This document shows positions 9,125 through 19,524 of a DNA stretch of 64,000 nucleotides, piece by piece; position 1 is the stretch's first letter, and each line of letters begins with the position of its first letter. The notes beneath the pieces are model-generated. The model had not been told where the DNA came from, searched no databases, and saw only the letters and a list, made by a program, of their open reading frames with translations. Source of the DNA: Nitrosopumilus sp. (GTDB lineage Archaea > Thermoproteota > Nitrososphaeria > Nitrososphaerales > Nitrosopumilaceae); assembly GCA_965238275.1 (NCBI GenBank), contig OZ250186.1, positions 1,888,001 to 1,952,000 on the forward strand. The letters run 5' to 3'. The position numbers were made by a program, and so were the translations under genes.

Positions 9125-11337
9125 GTAAGAGGTCGCCTTTGCGAAGCGATTCCGTGCCTGATCTGTTCCGATTAATTACCAACTGAGCTACGTTTTTGAC
9201 CATAAATACCCGATTAATTGCACGTTATCAACACGGTCCTCAGGCAGGGCGGTTTTCGGATCAAGGCTCTTCCGGTTGGATCTTTTGCGCCGCATTTTCC
9301 GGCAGGCGCTGCGTGCCCAAAAGCTTTATGGATCATGCCTTCCCGTGTTATGGCGTGGTGCCTGTAATCGACTTGGAAAAGATTGACTGGAACTCCGTAA
9401 CCGACACCAAGTCCCTCTTCGAATCTGTCTTGGACATGCTCAAATCCAAGGACGAGGAGAGCATGGCACTGAGAAAAGACATCGAGCAGCTGAAGGAGGA
9501 GGCAGAGGCCTTCTCAGGGGAACATGCGATGCTGACGGAGATGGATGCCAGGATCAAACTGCTGGAAGAAGAGAATGTGCAAAAGGACTCCGAGATAGAA
9601 CAAAAGGACTCCGAGATAGAGAAGCTGAGGGCAGAAAACGCCGCCCTCCTGCAGGGATGCGACGTCTCGCAGGCAGTCATGGACAGGATAGCCCGCCTGG
9701 AACGGCAGGCATCAGAGCATGCCTCTCAGTTAAGGGAGGCGCGCGCGGCCAACTCGGCGCTGGCAGCCGAGAATCTGGGCATCAAAAGCCGCCGCTCCCA
9801 GAAGCGGCTCCGGGAATCACCCGGGCCTGCACCAGACCCGTTCAGGAAGGTCGTCTGCCTGCGCACCGGCCGTGATCCTCCCCCGATATCCGAAAAAAAG
9901 CTAGTCGACATGCCCGCCTGCCCGCACGGCCATGCCCTCTCGAAGGAGCCCACCGAGGTGACCATCCGGGTAGTCGAGGAGATTATCGACGGGAAGCTGA
10001 CCGGCATCCAGTATACCGTCGTCCGCAGGTACTGCAGGGAATGCGGCAGGCAGTTTGCCCCCGAGATCCCAGGGGTCGTCCCCGGTGGACGGTTCGGCGC
10101 CAGCCTGACGTGCCTTGAGACGACGATGAGGATGTACAACATTCCCTACGAACCCATCCGCAAGCTGATCAACATAATCTACCACACGGACCTTGCAAAG
10201 TCGACTGTCATCGGCCACGTGGATGCCGTGACAGGATCCCTCCACCCGCTCTACGAGGAGATGCTCGAGGAGATATTCTTCTCAGAGCATGTCTTCGGGG
10301 ACGAGACCAGCTGGAGGGTAGCCGGTGTGCTGTACTGGCTGTGGATACTAGTCGGTGACAACTCGACTGTCTTTTACGTGGACAAGCGCCGGGGAGGAGA
10401 CGTGCTGGAGACCCTGCTTGGAGGGTACGCAGGCCACGTCACCTCTGATTCACACTCCGCGTGGAACCGCATCGGCAGGACCCACCAAAAGTGCCACTAC
10501 CACTACCTCCGCGAGATCATCCGCACCCTGACCATGAAAAACCCGGGGCCAGAATTCAAAAAGTTTGCCAAGGCCCTAAAGGGGATAATCATCGATTCCT
10601 GGCACGCAGAGAAGGGACTCAACCCGAACGATGATGCGGCCGCGCGAAACCTCAAGGTGCGCAACCTCCTGGCCCGGGTGAGGCGCCTGATGTCTGGCAG
10701 CTACACCGAACCCCACTGCAAGCGGTTTGTCAAGCGGCTGCGGCGCGAGATCACCCACCTGTTCCCATTCATCCGCCTCAACACAAAGTGCCATAACAAC
10801 GATGCCGAGCGCCCCCTGCGGCCCAGCGTCGCATCCCGGAAGGTCTCAGGCGGCAGCAAGAGCCTTGCCGGCGCATACAACCACGCCGTCCTGGCCAGCA
10901 TCCGCGAGACGTGCAGGATGCGCGGCGTCAACCCGCACGACTTTTTGGTCGACTACATGCGAGGCATGGTCGAAAAAATACCGGCAGCAGCAGCAGCGGC
11001 AGCAACGGTATAAATCCTGCAAAATCCATCCATGGCTGCCCTGCATGTCCTGCGCGACCCCCACAGCACCGGTTGCCTGACACATGTCAGGCCGCCGTGC
11101 CGGCCCGCCACCCGATTCGGGCACAACGCACCACACCCGACAGCACCAAAAAAGGCCCACTTCGCAAGTCCGATCACCGGATCGGCCAAAATGCAGCTCA
11201 GCCGAGCCTCATCCCCGCCCGGAAAAAACCCTGAATAATGCCAATTAAATGGGCATTTATGGCCGAAAACGTAGCTCAGTTGGTAATTAATCGGGGCAGA
11301 TCAGGCACGAAATCGCTTCGCAAAGGCGACCTCTTAC
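9125..11337 (+). mobile_element. IS66-family single-ORF element, family A copy 1
   Basis: ends GTAAGAGGTCGCC, ~95-bp imperfect TIRs; 8-bp TSD GATAATCC (9117-9124, 11338-11345). Confidence 0.92.
9355..11013 (+). CDS. IS66-family transposase
   Basis: coiled coil, CPHG/CRECG zinc finger, GDETSW, VTSD, QKCHYH, NNDAERPLR; start approximate. Confidence 0.88.
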   Translation: MVPVIDLEKIDWNSVTDTKSLFESVLDMLKSKDEESMALRKDIEQLKEEAEAFSGEHAMLTEMDARIKLLEEENVQKDSEIEQKDSEIEKLRAENAALLQGCDVSQAVMDRIARLERQASEHASQLREARAANSALAAENLGIKSRRSQKRLRESPGPAPDPFRKVVCLRTGRDPPPISEKKLVDMPACPHGHALSKEPTEVTIRVVEEIIDGKLTGIQYTVVRRYCRECGRQFAPEIPGVVPGGRFGASLTCLETTMRMYNIPYEPIRKLINIIYHTDLAKSTVIGHVDAVTGSLHPLYEEMLEEIFFSEHVFGDETSWRVAGVLYWLWILVGDNSTVFYVDKRRGGDVLETLLGGYAGHVTSDSHSAWNRIGRTHQKCHYHYLREIIRTLTMKNPGPEFKKFAKALKGIIIDSWHAEKGLNPNDDAAARNLKVRNLLARVRRLMSGSYTEPHCKRFVKRLRREITHLFPFIRLNTKCHNNDAERPLRPSVASRKVSGGSKSLAGAYNHAVLASIRETCRMRGVNPHDFLVDYMRGMVEKIPAAAAAAATV

Positions 11338-12083
11338 GATAATCCTTGAAAAAGAGATGGGCAACCGACTTGTGGGTTATCTGGTAAATTAGCCACATTA
11401 TTGTGAAAATTTATTCTGGCGTGTGGAATAATACGAATCTTTGTTTGCCTGTAGCCTGATTTCTGTGCAAGCCGTGGTTTCAACCACGCCAGGTTTGACG
11501 AGATGCAGGATTGTATGAATAATTTAGCCAAAGGTGAGCGGATTGTTCTGGCCAATACTACGCACCCATTATTTTGCAGCCGTTTGGACAAAAAATTACA
11601 CGTATTTTCAAAGATTGGGTTAGTCTGCGTGCCACACAGACAAGGTTCGATTGATTTCTGTGTAATTTCTTATCCACGTGATCACATTGGCTGCATATGG
11701 CGTGGTACGGACTGACATTAGTCCCTGCACCAAATTTGCCAACAGCCTGTCTGACTCTTCTGAGCAGGACACGCGCACCCCCCCCCCTTCCATGAGGCAG
11801 TTGGCCCGACGCCTTGGGTACGCCCTGGTGCACTTGGTGGCCGTCCCGGCAGTCTCCGCAGACTGGAACGATCCTAATTAGCAGGGTTCGTCTCAGGCAG
11901 GAATTATTTCCAGACATCCGCTCTGGTGGTTCCTTGCGGGGAGGTCACATTCCCATCAAGCATGGAATGCCGGTGCAGGGAGATGTCTGTTCGTCTGAGC
12001 AAGAGCGTGAACGGGTCCAGAGGTTGCCTTTTTTGCCACAACTCCCAGGAAATACTTATCCGTCACAGCAGTATATGACATGT

Positions 12084-12323
12084 ATGCGTGCACTATGTTT
12101 GATAACTGTGCAGCCAGGCAAGGTTGATTCTGCCGTGCTGATACTAAGGAAGAAACGAAAGATAATCAAGCAGATAATGATAGTTACCGGCAGGGCGGAC
12201 ATCAGCGTGCTCATGCAGGGCAACATCAATGAGATCAACAGCATGGTCATTGACTTTAAAAAGATCAAGGACATCGTTACTACCGAGACGCTGATCGAAG
12301 TGGAGGTGAACCTGGGATGGTGA
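12084..12323 (+). CDS. Lrp/AsnC ligand-binding-domain protein
   Basis: MRALCLITVQPGK...VTGRADI...IVTTETLI pattern. Confidence 0.78.
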   Translation: MRALCLITVQPGKVDSAVLILRKKRKIIKQIMIVTGRADISVLMQGNINEINSMVIDFKKIKDIVTTETLIEVEVNLGW

Positions 12324-12535
12324 GGGCGATAATTTTGGTAAAATCTCCCAAAAAACTCATAGCAGCACGGCTTCGCAAGGTAGCAACAGTCACGGAGTCA
12401 TTTCCCACCAGCGGGCAGTTTGATGCAGTGGCCGTAATCAACGTCGAGAAGCTAGTCGAGATAAAGGACGCGGCCAACCAGATCCAGAACATCAACGGAG
12501 TGTTGCGAACCGAGACGATGGTCGAGGTTCAATGA
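12317..12535 (+). CDS. Lrp/AsnC ligand-binding-domain protein
   Basis: TSGQFDAVAVI...GVLRTETMV pattern; overlaps the previous gene. Confidence 0.8.
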   Translation: MVRAIILVKSPKKLIAARLRKVATVTESFPTSGQFDAVAVINVEKLVEIKDAANQIQNINGVLRTETMVEVQ

Positions 12536-12569
12536 AAATGGATTTAAGGAGCTTTGAAATAGAAATCCT

Positions 12570-12980
12570 GTGAATATCAAGAAGATCGGAAGCGTAATGC
12601 TTGCAGTGCAGGACATGGATCGATCTCTGCAGTTTTATCATGATTTTATCGGACTCCCGATTAAAGAGCGTGGGGAATCATGGGTTGGTTTGGGTACGTC
12701 CGGGCCTCTGCTGAGCCTGCATCTTGCATCACAGCCACAGCCTACAAACAAATCCATTGAGGAAGGAATTGCAATTGGCTTTCTTGTAGGCGACGTAAAG
12801 TCTGCAATCGAGGAGCTGACGGCAAAAGGAGTTCGGCTTCACAGGGATGTTGCAGACGGCAGCAACAAAAAGGATGCAATCGTCATGGATCCTGACGGCT
12901 ACCTGATATCCCTCTTTGAGCCAACCTTCGAAAACAAGGCCCAGCAGACAGGCGGATATCACGGGTTTACTCCTGCTTGA
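12570..12980 (+). CDS. VOC/glyoxalase-family protein
   Basis: LAVQDMDRSLQFYHDFIG and DPDGYLISL motifs. Confidence 0.85.
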   Translation: MNIKKIGSVMLAVQDMDRSLQFYHDFIGLPIKERGESWVGLGTSGPLLSLHLASQPQPTNKSIEEGIAIGFLVGDVKSAIEELTAKGVRLHRDVADGSNKKDAIVMDPDGYLISLFEPTFENKAQQTGGYHGFTPA

Positions 12981-13170
12981 TCGGCTTCTCAATTAGGGCG
13001 ACAACGCTCCCCAGTTTTTCTAATGTTTGTTTATGGCGATGTAAAGGGCGGCGTCCTTTTGTGGCAGAGCAATAATTATGGCCCCGCCATAACGGGATAC
13101 GGCATGGTTGAGCATTCCGATGCCCCCGGCGGCGTTTCTTCCCAATGCGAAGAGTGTTGAAACTAAATCC
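12975..13170 (-). pseudogene. degenerate partial duplicate of the 3' half of 13226-13627
   Basis: shares ATACGGCATGGTTGAGCATTCCGATGCCCCCGG and is collinear over ~190 bp with indels. Confidence 0.7.
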
Positions 13171-13225
13171 CTGAATCAACCTTCAAAGACACCGCCCAGC
13201 AAACAGGGCCGGCATTATGGGGGGC

Positions 13226-13627
13226 CTACGCCCTCTTAATCTGTTTCTTGACTAGGGCTATGGTATTCTCTAGTTCTTTCTCGTGTTTGTTTATGGTGAT
13301 GTAAAAGGTGACGTCCTTTTGCGGTATGGCGACAATTATGACCTTGCTATGATGGAATACGGCATGGTTGAGCATTCCGATGCCCCCGGTGGTGTTTCTT
13401 CTCAATGCAGAGAATGTTGAAACTAAAAAGAACTCGTCTTTTGCACGGTTCGGTTTGAGCAGTGGTTTTAGATCAGGCTTGATGATTCCAGTCAGGGTTC
13501 TGCCGTACATGTTCATGACTCCGACATATCTGATGCTTTTGGAGAGGCTCAGGATGCTCTTGCATTGTTCCCGGTATCTGGTTATAGTCTCAATCCACTC
13601 TTTATTGTCAGAACGGGTCATATTCAA
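13226..13627 (-). CDS. hypothetical protein (roadblock/profilin-like thaumarchaeal family)
   Basis: CKSILSLSKSIRYVGVMNMYGR pattern. Confidence 0.65.
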   Translation of the reverse strand: MNMTRSDNKEWIETITRYREQCKSILSLSKSIRYVGVMNMYGRTLTGIIKPDLKPLLKPNRAKDEFFLVSTFSALRRNTTGGIGMLNHAVFHHSKVIIVAIPQKDVTFYITINKHEKELENTIALVKKQIKRA

Positions 13628-13672
13628 GAGTCCTATGAGAAATTAATAAGGCTTTTCCAATGCTTAACTCTG

Positions 13673-15106
13673 TGTGGGATCCCGAAAGTAGTTCGCCCCC
13701 CTCCAAGACTTGGAGGTACTTGCATGTTTGATGTTGCCGGTCGTTGCATAATTGTCTTACGTCGGATCCTGCGGCCCGGATCACGAATTTTCTTCATTTC
13801 CACTCCACGCATGAGATCTTTTCAAAAAATTATGCGCAGTATCCCCTGTAGATTGCACGAGGCCTGACCGTGTCGGATCGCTGCTATTCTGCGCGGTACT
13901 CTTGTCCTGTCTGGCCGTCCACTACCGTCTCCCCAGCCGGGGACATCTTTCTTTTAAACGCCTGCGCCGGTGTCTCAAGGTTGTCCCAGTCAAGGGACAT
14001 GTGCGGTCGGTCGTGATTGTACCACTCCATGAAACGCTCCACTGGATCCTTTGATGGTGCGGCGCAAAACGGCCCGCCCACGTGAGAATTCTTTGACGCG
14101 CCGCGTCTGATCTTGGAAGATGATGCTGCTGCCTCGAAGCGGTGCAGCTTGCGTTGCATCTCCCCGTGCAGGCGTTCCAGCTTGCCGTTTGTCTGCGGAT
14201 GCCTCACGCGGGCCAGGATGTGTTTGATGTCAAGCTCAACTAGCCTCTGCTCAAACTTGGAGGCTCCCTTCTTCTTGGCCTCTGACTCGGTGGCATAGAA
14301 CTGGGTGCCGCGGTCCGTCAGGATTGACGCCGGCTTGCCGTGGTTTTTTATGGCCTCGTCAAGCACCTTCAGGGCGTTTTCGGTGGTCGCCTCCTGGAAT
14401 ACCCCAAAGCCAGTCACGAAGCGCGAGGCGTCGTCCTCGTAGCACAAGAACCACCTGCCGTCGTCAAGCTGCTTGTAGTCGGTGTGCCACATCGAGTTGG
14501 AGTGCTCGCGCTCGTAGCGGATCCACTTGCGGCGCTGGCTCTTCTTTGGCTGTGTGTCTGCAAAACCGGCATCCTTCAATATTTTGTGCAGGGTGTTGTG
14601 CGGGATATGTATTCCGGCAAGCGACTTTATGATGCGCTCCAAGGATGCTGCCCCTTGGACCTCGTTTGATGCCGCCGAGAGGACCGCAGAATGATCCCGT
14701 CGTCCGGGCGCGCACTTTTTGGGCCTGCCCATAGGGGCAGGATATGCGATTTTGTCCTCGTCTCTGTACCTCTTCCACAGCTTTTGGACCCAGCGGACCG
14801 ACACCCCCGTGCTTGCAGCAATCTCCTTGTTGCGCGTATTCTTGCGTTTCTCTCGTATGATCCATTCGACCTTGGCCTGATCCAGCTTTTTCATTACTCG
14901 CACTCTCCGTCTTCCTATATGACGCCACACCGCCGAACGTATTCTCTGACGGACCCACACACCACCGTTTCCAGTAATGGTCATGCTGACTGCACTTCCC
15001 ATGGATTTCACGTGGGATGCCACGCCGTGGATGATGTCCTTCATCGGGAATGTCCACCCGGGGCTCGAGTCTCATGTGGGGGGTGAACTACTTTTGGGAC
15101 AATACA
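13673..15106 (-). mobile_element. IS481-family insertion sequence
   Basis: TGT...ACA ends with imperfect TIR (TCCCRAAAGTAGTTCRCCCCCC); 15-bp TSD CAATGCTTAACTCTG (13658-13672, 15107-15121). Confidence 0.88.
13884..14894 (-). CDS. IS481-family transposase (integrase core)
   Basis: MWHTDYK, DDASR, LTDRGTQF, HPQTNGKLERLH, YNHDRPHMSL. Confidence 0.9.
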   Translation of the reverse strand: MKKLDQAKVEWIIREKRKNTRNKEIAASTGVSVRWVQKLWKRYRDEDKIAYPAPMGRPKKCAPGRRDHSAVLSAASNEVQGAASLERIIKSLAGIHIPHNTLHKILKDAGFADTQPKKSQRRKWIRYEREHSNSMWHTDYKQLDDGRWFLCYEDDASRFVTGFGVFQEATTENALKVLDEAIKNHGKPASILTDRGTQFYATESEAKKKGASKFEQRLVELDIKHILARVRHPQTNGKLERLHGEMQRKLHRFEAAASSSKIRRGASKNSHVGGPFCAAPSKDPVERFMEWYNHDRPHMSLDWDNLETPAQAFKRKMSPAGETVVDGQTGQEYRAE

Positions 15107-15114
15107 CAATGCTT

Positions 15115-16468
15115 AACTCTGTTTCCTAATTACGCTCGACACAGATACTCGTCTGTGCAATTCTGCCTACGTCGTCGTCTTGCCCCCTTCCCTTGCAGTC
15201 CTTGGGCCGGGCTTGTAGGCTTGCACGATCCTTGGCGTGCCGTACCCGTTGTCGATTGCAGTATCGATCATCTGGTTGTACAGCTGCACCTTTCCGTATA
15301 TCTCGGCCTTGACGTTCTCCCACTTGCGCGCGCTTATGCACTCGCCCAACACCCGCTTGAACGTGGAAAATACAATCTCGACTGACCACCGGTCGTTGTA
15401 CCCTGACTCCCTGCGCCACGCCTTCTGGAATTCCCTCTTTTGTTCGCGCGTGAGGCCTGCAAACTTGCGTTCTGCCGTCTTGTCCATGCAGTCCAGGTCC
15501 CCCAGCTGCCTGAATCCTGCCTCCTTGCGGGGCATGCACCCGTTCGCCTTTCCGGCAAAGTCGATGCGGACGGGAATCAGCGGCTCGATTCCCTGCTCGT
15601 CGCAGTACCTGCGGATCTTCTGGGTGTCGTACGCGCCGTCGGCTGCCGCCTTGGTGCCTGCAGAAGTGTCTGAGTTTGGTGATTTTTTTGCATTTGCAAG
15701 GGCCTGCCCCACCAGTTCCTCAAACTGCGGAGAGTCCCCGCACTTGTCGTCGGTTATGGCCACGGCGTAGATCTTTTTGGTTTTGGCATCCACCCCGACG
15801 TGCAGCTTTATGAAGCCCCGCCTGGTCCCCCACTTTTCTGTCATCCAGTCGCCGCGGTTTGTGGGCTTGAGTCCAGTGGAGTCGAAGGCAAACAGCTTGA
15901 TCTCGGCCCGGGTGCCGCCGTCTGAGAACCACGCAGAAGCCGTGCCGCTACCATCATCATTGTCTGCAACAGTGCAGCCAAGCTTGGTCATCCTCTTCTG
16001 GAACGCCGAGTACGTGGGCGCGTTTTCCTTGCCGACTATCGTCTCTGCCAGACCCTGGAGCTGCCTGTACCTTATGCCGGTGGCGTTTTTGAACAGGGAT
16101 GCTGCTGCAAAGCACGCGTTTGAAAATACGTACGGGCGGCCTACCTTCCCGCAGTTTAGCTTCTCGACTCCCTGAGTCAGGATCTCCGGGCTTATCTGGA
16201 GCGTCCACAACTGGCCGCGGTCTATGTACCTGCGGTCATCGTACTGGAACCGGCGTTCTTTGGATTTGAAAGATTTTTTAGCCTCATGCGTGCCCGTTTT
16301 GTCTGGAGAGGATGTGTTTTCAGTCATGGCTGTTACCTGACTGCCTGCACACCTCTCTGATCAATACGGTTTTCTATTGAAGATGTTTGATATGATGTTC
16401 AAATTCAACTGATCTGGCCTAATTCTGAACCTGTTGGGTGTGACTGGCGATAATTAGGAAACAAAGTT
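15115..16468 (-). mobile_element. IS5-family element (1354 bp), copy 1
   Basis: TIR AACTYTGTTTCCTAATTA; original TSD CCAATGCTT (13657-13665, 16469-16477); same element as 33982 and 58520. Confidence 0.92.
15167..16327 (-). CDS. IS5-family (IS903-like) transposase
   Basis: FDSTGLK, FIKLH, ADGAYD, GYNDRWSVEIVFS. Confidence 0.9.
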   Translation of the reverse strand: MTENTSSPDKTGTHEAKKSFKSKERRFQYDDRRYIDRGQLWTLQISPEILTQGVEKLNCGKVGRPYVFSNACFAAASLFKNATGIRYRQLQGLAETIVGKENAPTYSAFQKRMTKLGCTVADNDDGSGTASAWFSDGGTRAEIKLFAFDSTGLKPTNRGDWMTEKWGTRRGFIKLHVGVDAKTKKIYAVAITDDKCGDSPQFEELVGQALANAKKSPNSDTSAGTKAAADGAYDTQKIRRYCDEQGIEPLIPVRIDFAGKANGCMPRKEAGFRQLGDLDCMDKTAERKFAGLTREQKREFQKAWRRESGYNDRWSVEIVFSTFKRVLGECISARKWENVKAEIYGKVQLYNQMIDTAIDNGYGTPRIVQAYKPGPRTAREGGKTTT

Positions 16469-16767
16469 CCAATGCTTCGGCGCTGCCAGATTCCAAAAAT
16501 AATATGCCTCTTGGCACCATACGCCATCCTTATTCCTTACCTCCGGCTTGTGGACACGGAACTGAGAACCGGTATGGAGGCGGGCCTGCCATGGATCCTG
16601 ATGGCCGGCCGTACGGCAGGGATGTTTTTTGCGATGATGCATCGTGCGGGCCTTCTTGGCTTTGTCGTCTCGAGATATTTATGCATATTAAATCCCACAA
16701 CATGCACATGGCTGCGTCCGGGCAGCATAATTTCCGGAGAACAGACCCGCACCGGTTGGCAAGGCAA

Positions 16768-17980
16768 GGGTGTGTCCTAGTAATAAAAAATGCCGTCCCA
16801 TGTGCCAAGATGCCAAAGGCATAATTGGTGCCAGAACCCGTCGACGCCAACAGTGTCGCACCGTCAATCCTCCACAACTCATAAAATCCCCCAAATCCAA
16901 GACACGGTGCGGAGGCTCCGCTAGGAAGCGCGTGGTGAAACGCGCCAGCTATGCTGCAAGTGTCGCGATTTGGTCCTGTGTGAGCCTGCCGTCTTTTGCC
17001 TGCAATCTGGCCACGAGCTCGATGTTGTAGCACATGACGCGGATCGCAGTCTCCTTTGCCCGGTTCTTGTGTTTTCGGCACCGGGTGCTGTCCCCGTACA
17101 TCTTCTTGAGGGCGGCAAAGACTGCCTCGATGATGCTGCGCTGGTGGTATTGCGAATCAAACCTGTCCCGATCATCCAGGTACAGGCTTACCATCTCGCG
17201 CCACGACTGGCTTCCCCTGGCGTTGCGTACGGTGTTGGATTTTGGCTTGATGCGGGGCACCATTCCCATCGCAGATATCGTGTTGCACATGAGCCTTGCC
17301 AGGTACGCAGAATCCAGACAAAAGTCGCCGGTGCCCCGGCCTAACCTGCCGAGCATCGCGTACAGCCCGTTTATGTCTGCCACTGCGCTGTCAGTCACCA
17401 TACAGTCGATTATCACCCTTGTGCGGATATCCACGATTGCGTGCAGTTTGACCCATCCCTTTCTGGTACGAAAACTGTCGGTCCTGACGTCAAACCACCT
17501 GACAAACCGCAGGTACGAGTACCCGGTACCGTCTGCTGCCAGGGAGCCTGCTTCCACCTCCCTGATGGCAATCCGGTGTGCCTCTGCCAGGTACCATTCC
17601 GGGATCAGGCCGTAGGCGCGAGCTATCGTGCTCTTGGAGGGAATTTTCTCTAGGCCCATCTTGGCTGCCATGGCGTTATTGCTTCGGAGGATGCCGACCA
17701 TCTTACGGTAGGTCGTGCGCTGTGCCTCAAGCATGATGCAGACAGCTGCCATGGCGCCAGGCGGGTATGCTGTCATGCCGCCCAGGCCTGGCCTGACGGC
17801 GTACGGATCCCCAAGATCCTTGATTATTCCCAGCACGGTATTCAGCATGAGGCCTGACAGGTACTGCTGAACCAAATCGTACTGTCGTTGATCGCGTTTC
17901 TTTGTAGTCATTAGGCGATGCCGTGATCCGCCGATCCACATCTTTTGTCATCCTATGGTATATGTCTCTAGGACACACCT
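16768..17980 (-). mobile_element. IS5-family insertion sequence
   Basis: TIR GGTGTGTCCTAG; 9-bp TSD GCAAGGCAA (16759-16767, 17981-17989). Confidence 0.88.
16949..17941 (-). CDS. IS5-family DDE transposase
   Basis: ADGTG, WVKLH, LDSAY, YHQRSIIEAVF. Confidence 0.88.
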   Translation of the reverse strand: MWIGGSRHRLMTTKKRDQRQYDLVQQYLSGLMLNTVLGIIKDLGDPYAVRPGLGGMTAYPPGAMAAVCIMLEAQRTTYRKMVGILRSNNAMAAKMGLEKIPSKSTIARAYGLIPEWYLAEAHRIAIREVEAGSLAADGTGYSYLRFVRWFDVRTDSFRTRKGWVKLHAIVDIRTRVIIDCMVTDSAVADINGLYAMLGRLGRGTGDFCLDSAYLARLMCNTISAMGMVPRIKPKSNTVRNARGSQSWREMVSLYLDDRDRFDSQYHQRSIIEAVFAALKKMYGDSTRCRKHKNRAKETAIRVMCYNIELVARLQAKDGRLTQDQIATLAA

Positions 17981-18019
17981 GCAAGGCAAGGCACAAATAA
18001 GGCAGACGCCTGAGGAAAA

Positions 18020-18418
18020 TTGTTGGATAATCACATAGATGGCCACCTGAGGAACCTGTATGGATTGAATCCGGACACTCCCCACATAGCTCTGCAGTTT
18101 CCAAGGCTTCCCCCGATGGCTGGCAGACCCATGTTTGGGACGTACGGGGATCCAACCAAGGAACAGTTCACCCAGGATACAGCATCCATCAGCCACAATC
18201 TTTATCGGTTTCATCATATGTTTCAGCAACACGCAGCAGGCCTGTTGACCATGAACTCCTCAATAATTCCTCCCGGTCATCCGTTATACAACAGAAAGAA
18301 TTCAGTCGAGATGCTCCAGACCGAAAATGACAAGCTGCAAAAGGAGAATGCAAGGTTGAAGAAGATTCTCAAAAAGGAATCTACAGCAAACGGTTCCGGT
18401 TTCAACATCCCCTTCTGA
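18020..18418 (+). CDS. hypothetical protein with C-terminal coiled coil
   Basis: 132-aa ORF, IIPPGHPLY followed by LQTENDKLQKENARLK. Confidence 0.6.
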   Translation: MLDNHIDGHLRNLYGLNPDTPHIALQFPRLPPMAGRPMFGTYGDPTKEQFTQDTASISHNLYRFHHMFQQHAAGLLTMNSSIIPPGHPLYNRKNSVEMLQTENDKLQKENARLKKILKKESTANGSGFNIPF

Positions 18419-18573
18419 CAGTCACTCGCAGAAGTGAGTCTTTCTCCCCCCCCCCCGCAACACGCCAGAACCACGCAGTAATCAGTCTACGCACCAACGA
18501 CGTACCGCAACATTCCATGAACGCCGTTTTGCCTCTGCAGATACCCCCACAGTTGGCGGGAAGGTCCTGCGTG

Positions 18574-19380
18574 TTATTGTGATTTGAACCCGTAGACCTG
18601 GTAGATATCGCCGGTCAATCTGGAACGGTACCTCCACTCATCGTTCCTCCAGACAATCCGTTCAAACTGATTCTGGAATGTGGGGTGCAGCCTTTCGTAG
18701 ACGTCGCTGCCGATAAGGATCTGGTTGGGGTGCGCCATGCCTTGAATCTTGGCTGCAATATTCATGGCGGGACCCATCAGATCCACATGGGAGTATTTTG
18801 GATCGGCGCCGTATCGAACCACGATGTTCTGGCCAAAATCTACGCCAATCTTGGCCCGCAGTTCCGGATAGTCATACTGGTTCAGGACGGGGTTGATCCC
18901 GTCACGCATTACAGATACCATGGATTTTGCGCAGTTTGTCGCGTAGTCGTTTGCCAGCAATCCGTTCTGCTCGGCGATAAAGTATCCAATGACGGCATCG
19001 CCGACAAACTTCAGGACGTATCCATGGTGCTGCCTGATGACAGACGCCATCTCCTGGGAGAACGAGCTGACGATGATTGCAATCTTCTCAGCAGGCATCT
19101 CCAGTGCCATGTTGGTAGAACCTACAAGATCCACGTACAATACCACCATGTTCAGCTTTGCAAAGACGTTTTGCCGCAGAAAATCTTCGGACTCGTCAAC
19201 CACGGCAGTGTACTCGTAGCCCTTTTTGAGCGCCGCCCAGACACGCTTTTGCGTCTCCATAATCATGGTAGCAGAGTCAAGTGTTCTTGCCCGGCTCTTG
19301 CCCAGAAGCATGTCCACTACACGGGTGTCCTGTTTTTCGGCACCTGATTCTTTTGTATCTTCGGACCTGTCTTTGCTCAT
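18574..19380 (-). CDS. class III adenylate/guanylate cyclase domain protein
   Basis: VLYVDLVGST, KFVGDAV, KIGVDFG, DLMGPAMNIAAKIQ. Confidence 0.9.
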   Translation of the reverse strand: MSKDRSEDTKESGAEKQDTRVVDMLLGKSRARTLDSATMIMETQKRVWAALKKGYEYTAVVDESEDFLRQNVFAKLNMVVLYVDLVGSTNMALEMPAEKIAIIVSSFSQEMASVIRQHHGYVLKFVGDAVIGYFIAEQNGLLANDYATNCAKSMVSVMRDGINPVLNQYDYPELRAKIGVDFGQNIVVRYGADPKYSHVDLMGPAMNIAAKIQGMAHPNQILIGSDVYERLHPTFQNQFERIVWRNDEWRYRSRLTGDIYQVYGFKSQ

Positions 19381-19524
19381 CTTCTACCCCGATGAGGAAT
19401 CCGTCCTAAAATGCAGGGTCATTCTCCGGACATCATGACAGGCAGTGATCATCCAGATGGGATTCGGGCATGCAGTGTACTCATCCATGCTCATGTTTGT
19501 CGGTGCACTATTTAGACATTAATG

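Larger units (their letters stand above)
8056..11392 (+). pseudogene. IS630-family transposase interrupted near its C-terminus by IS66
   Basis: VEDEA..VLDNASYH..PRTPQLNQIE; the frame continues as ILEKEMGNRLVGYLVN* (to 11392) once 9125-11345 is removed; element ends not resolved. Confidence 0.85.

Noticed and set aside
11400-12050. Possible gene or RNA between IS630 and the AsnC pair
   Set aside because: Only short inconsistent ORFs and a poly-C run; nothing supportable
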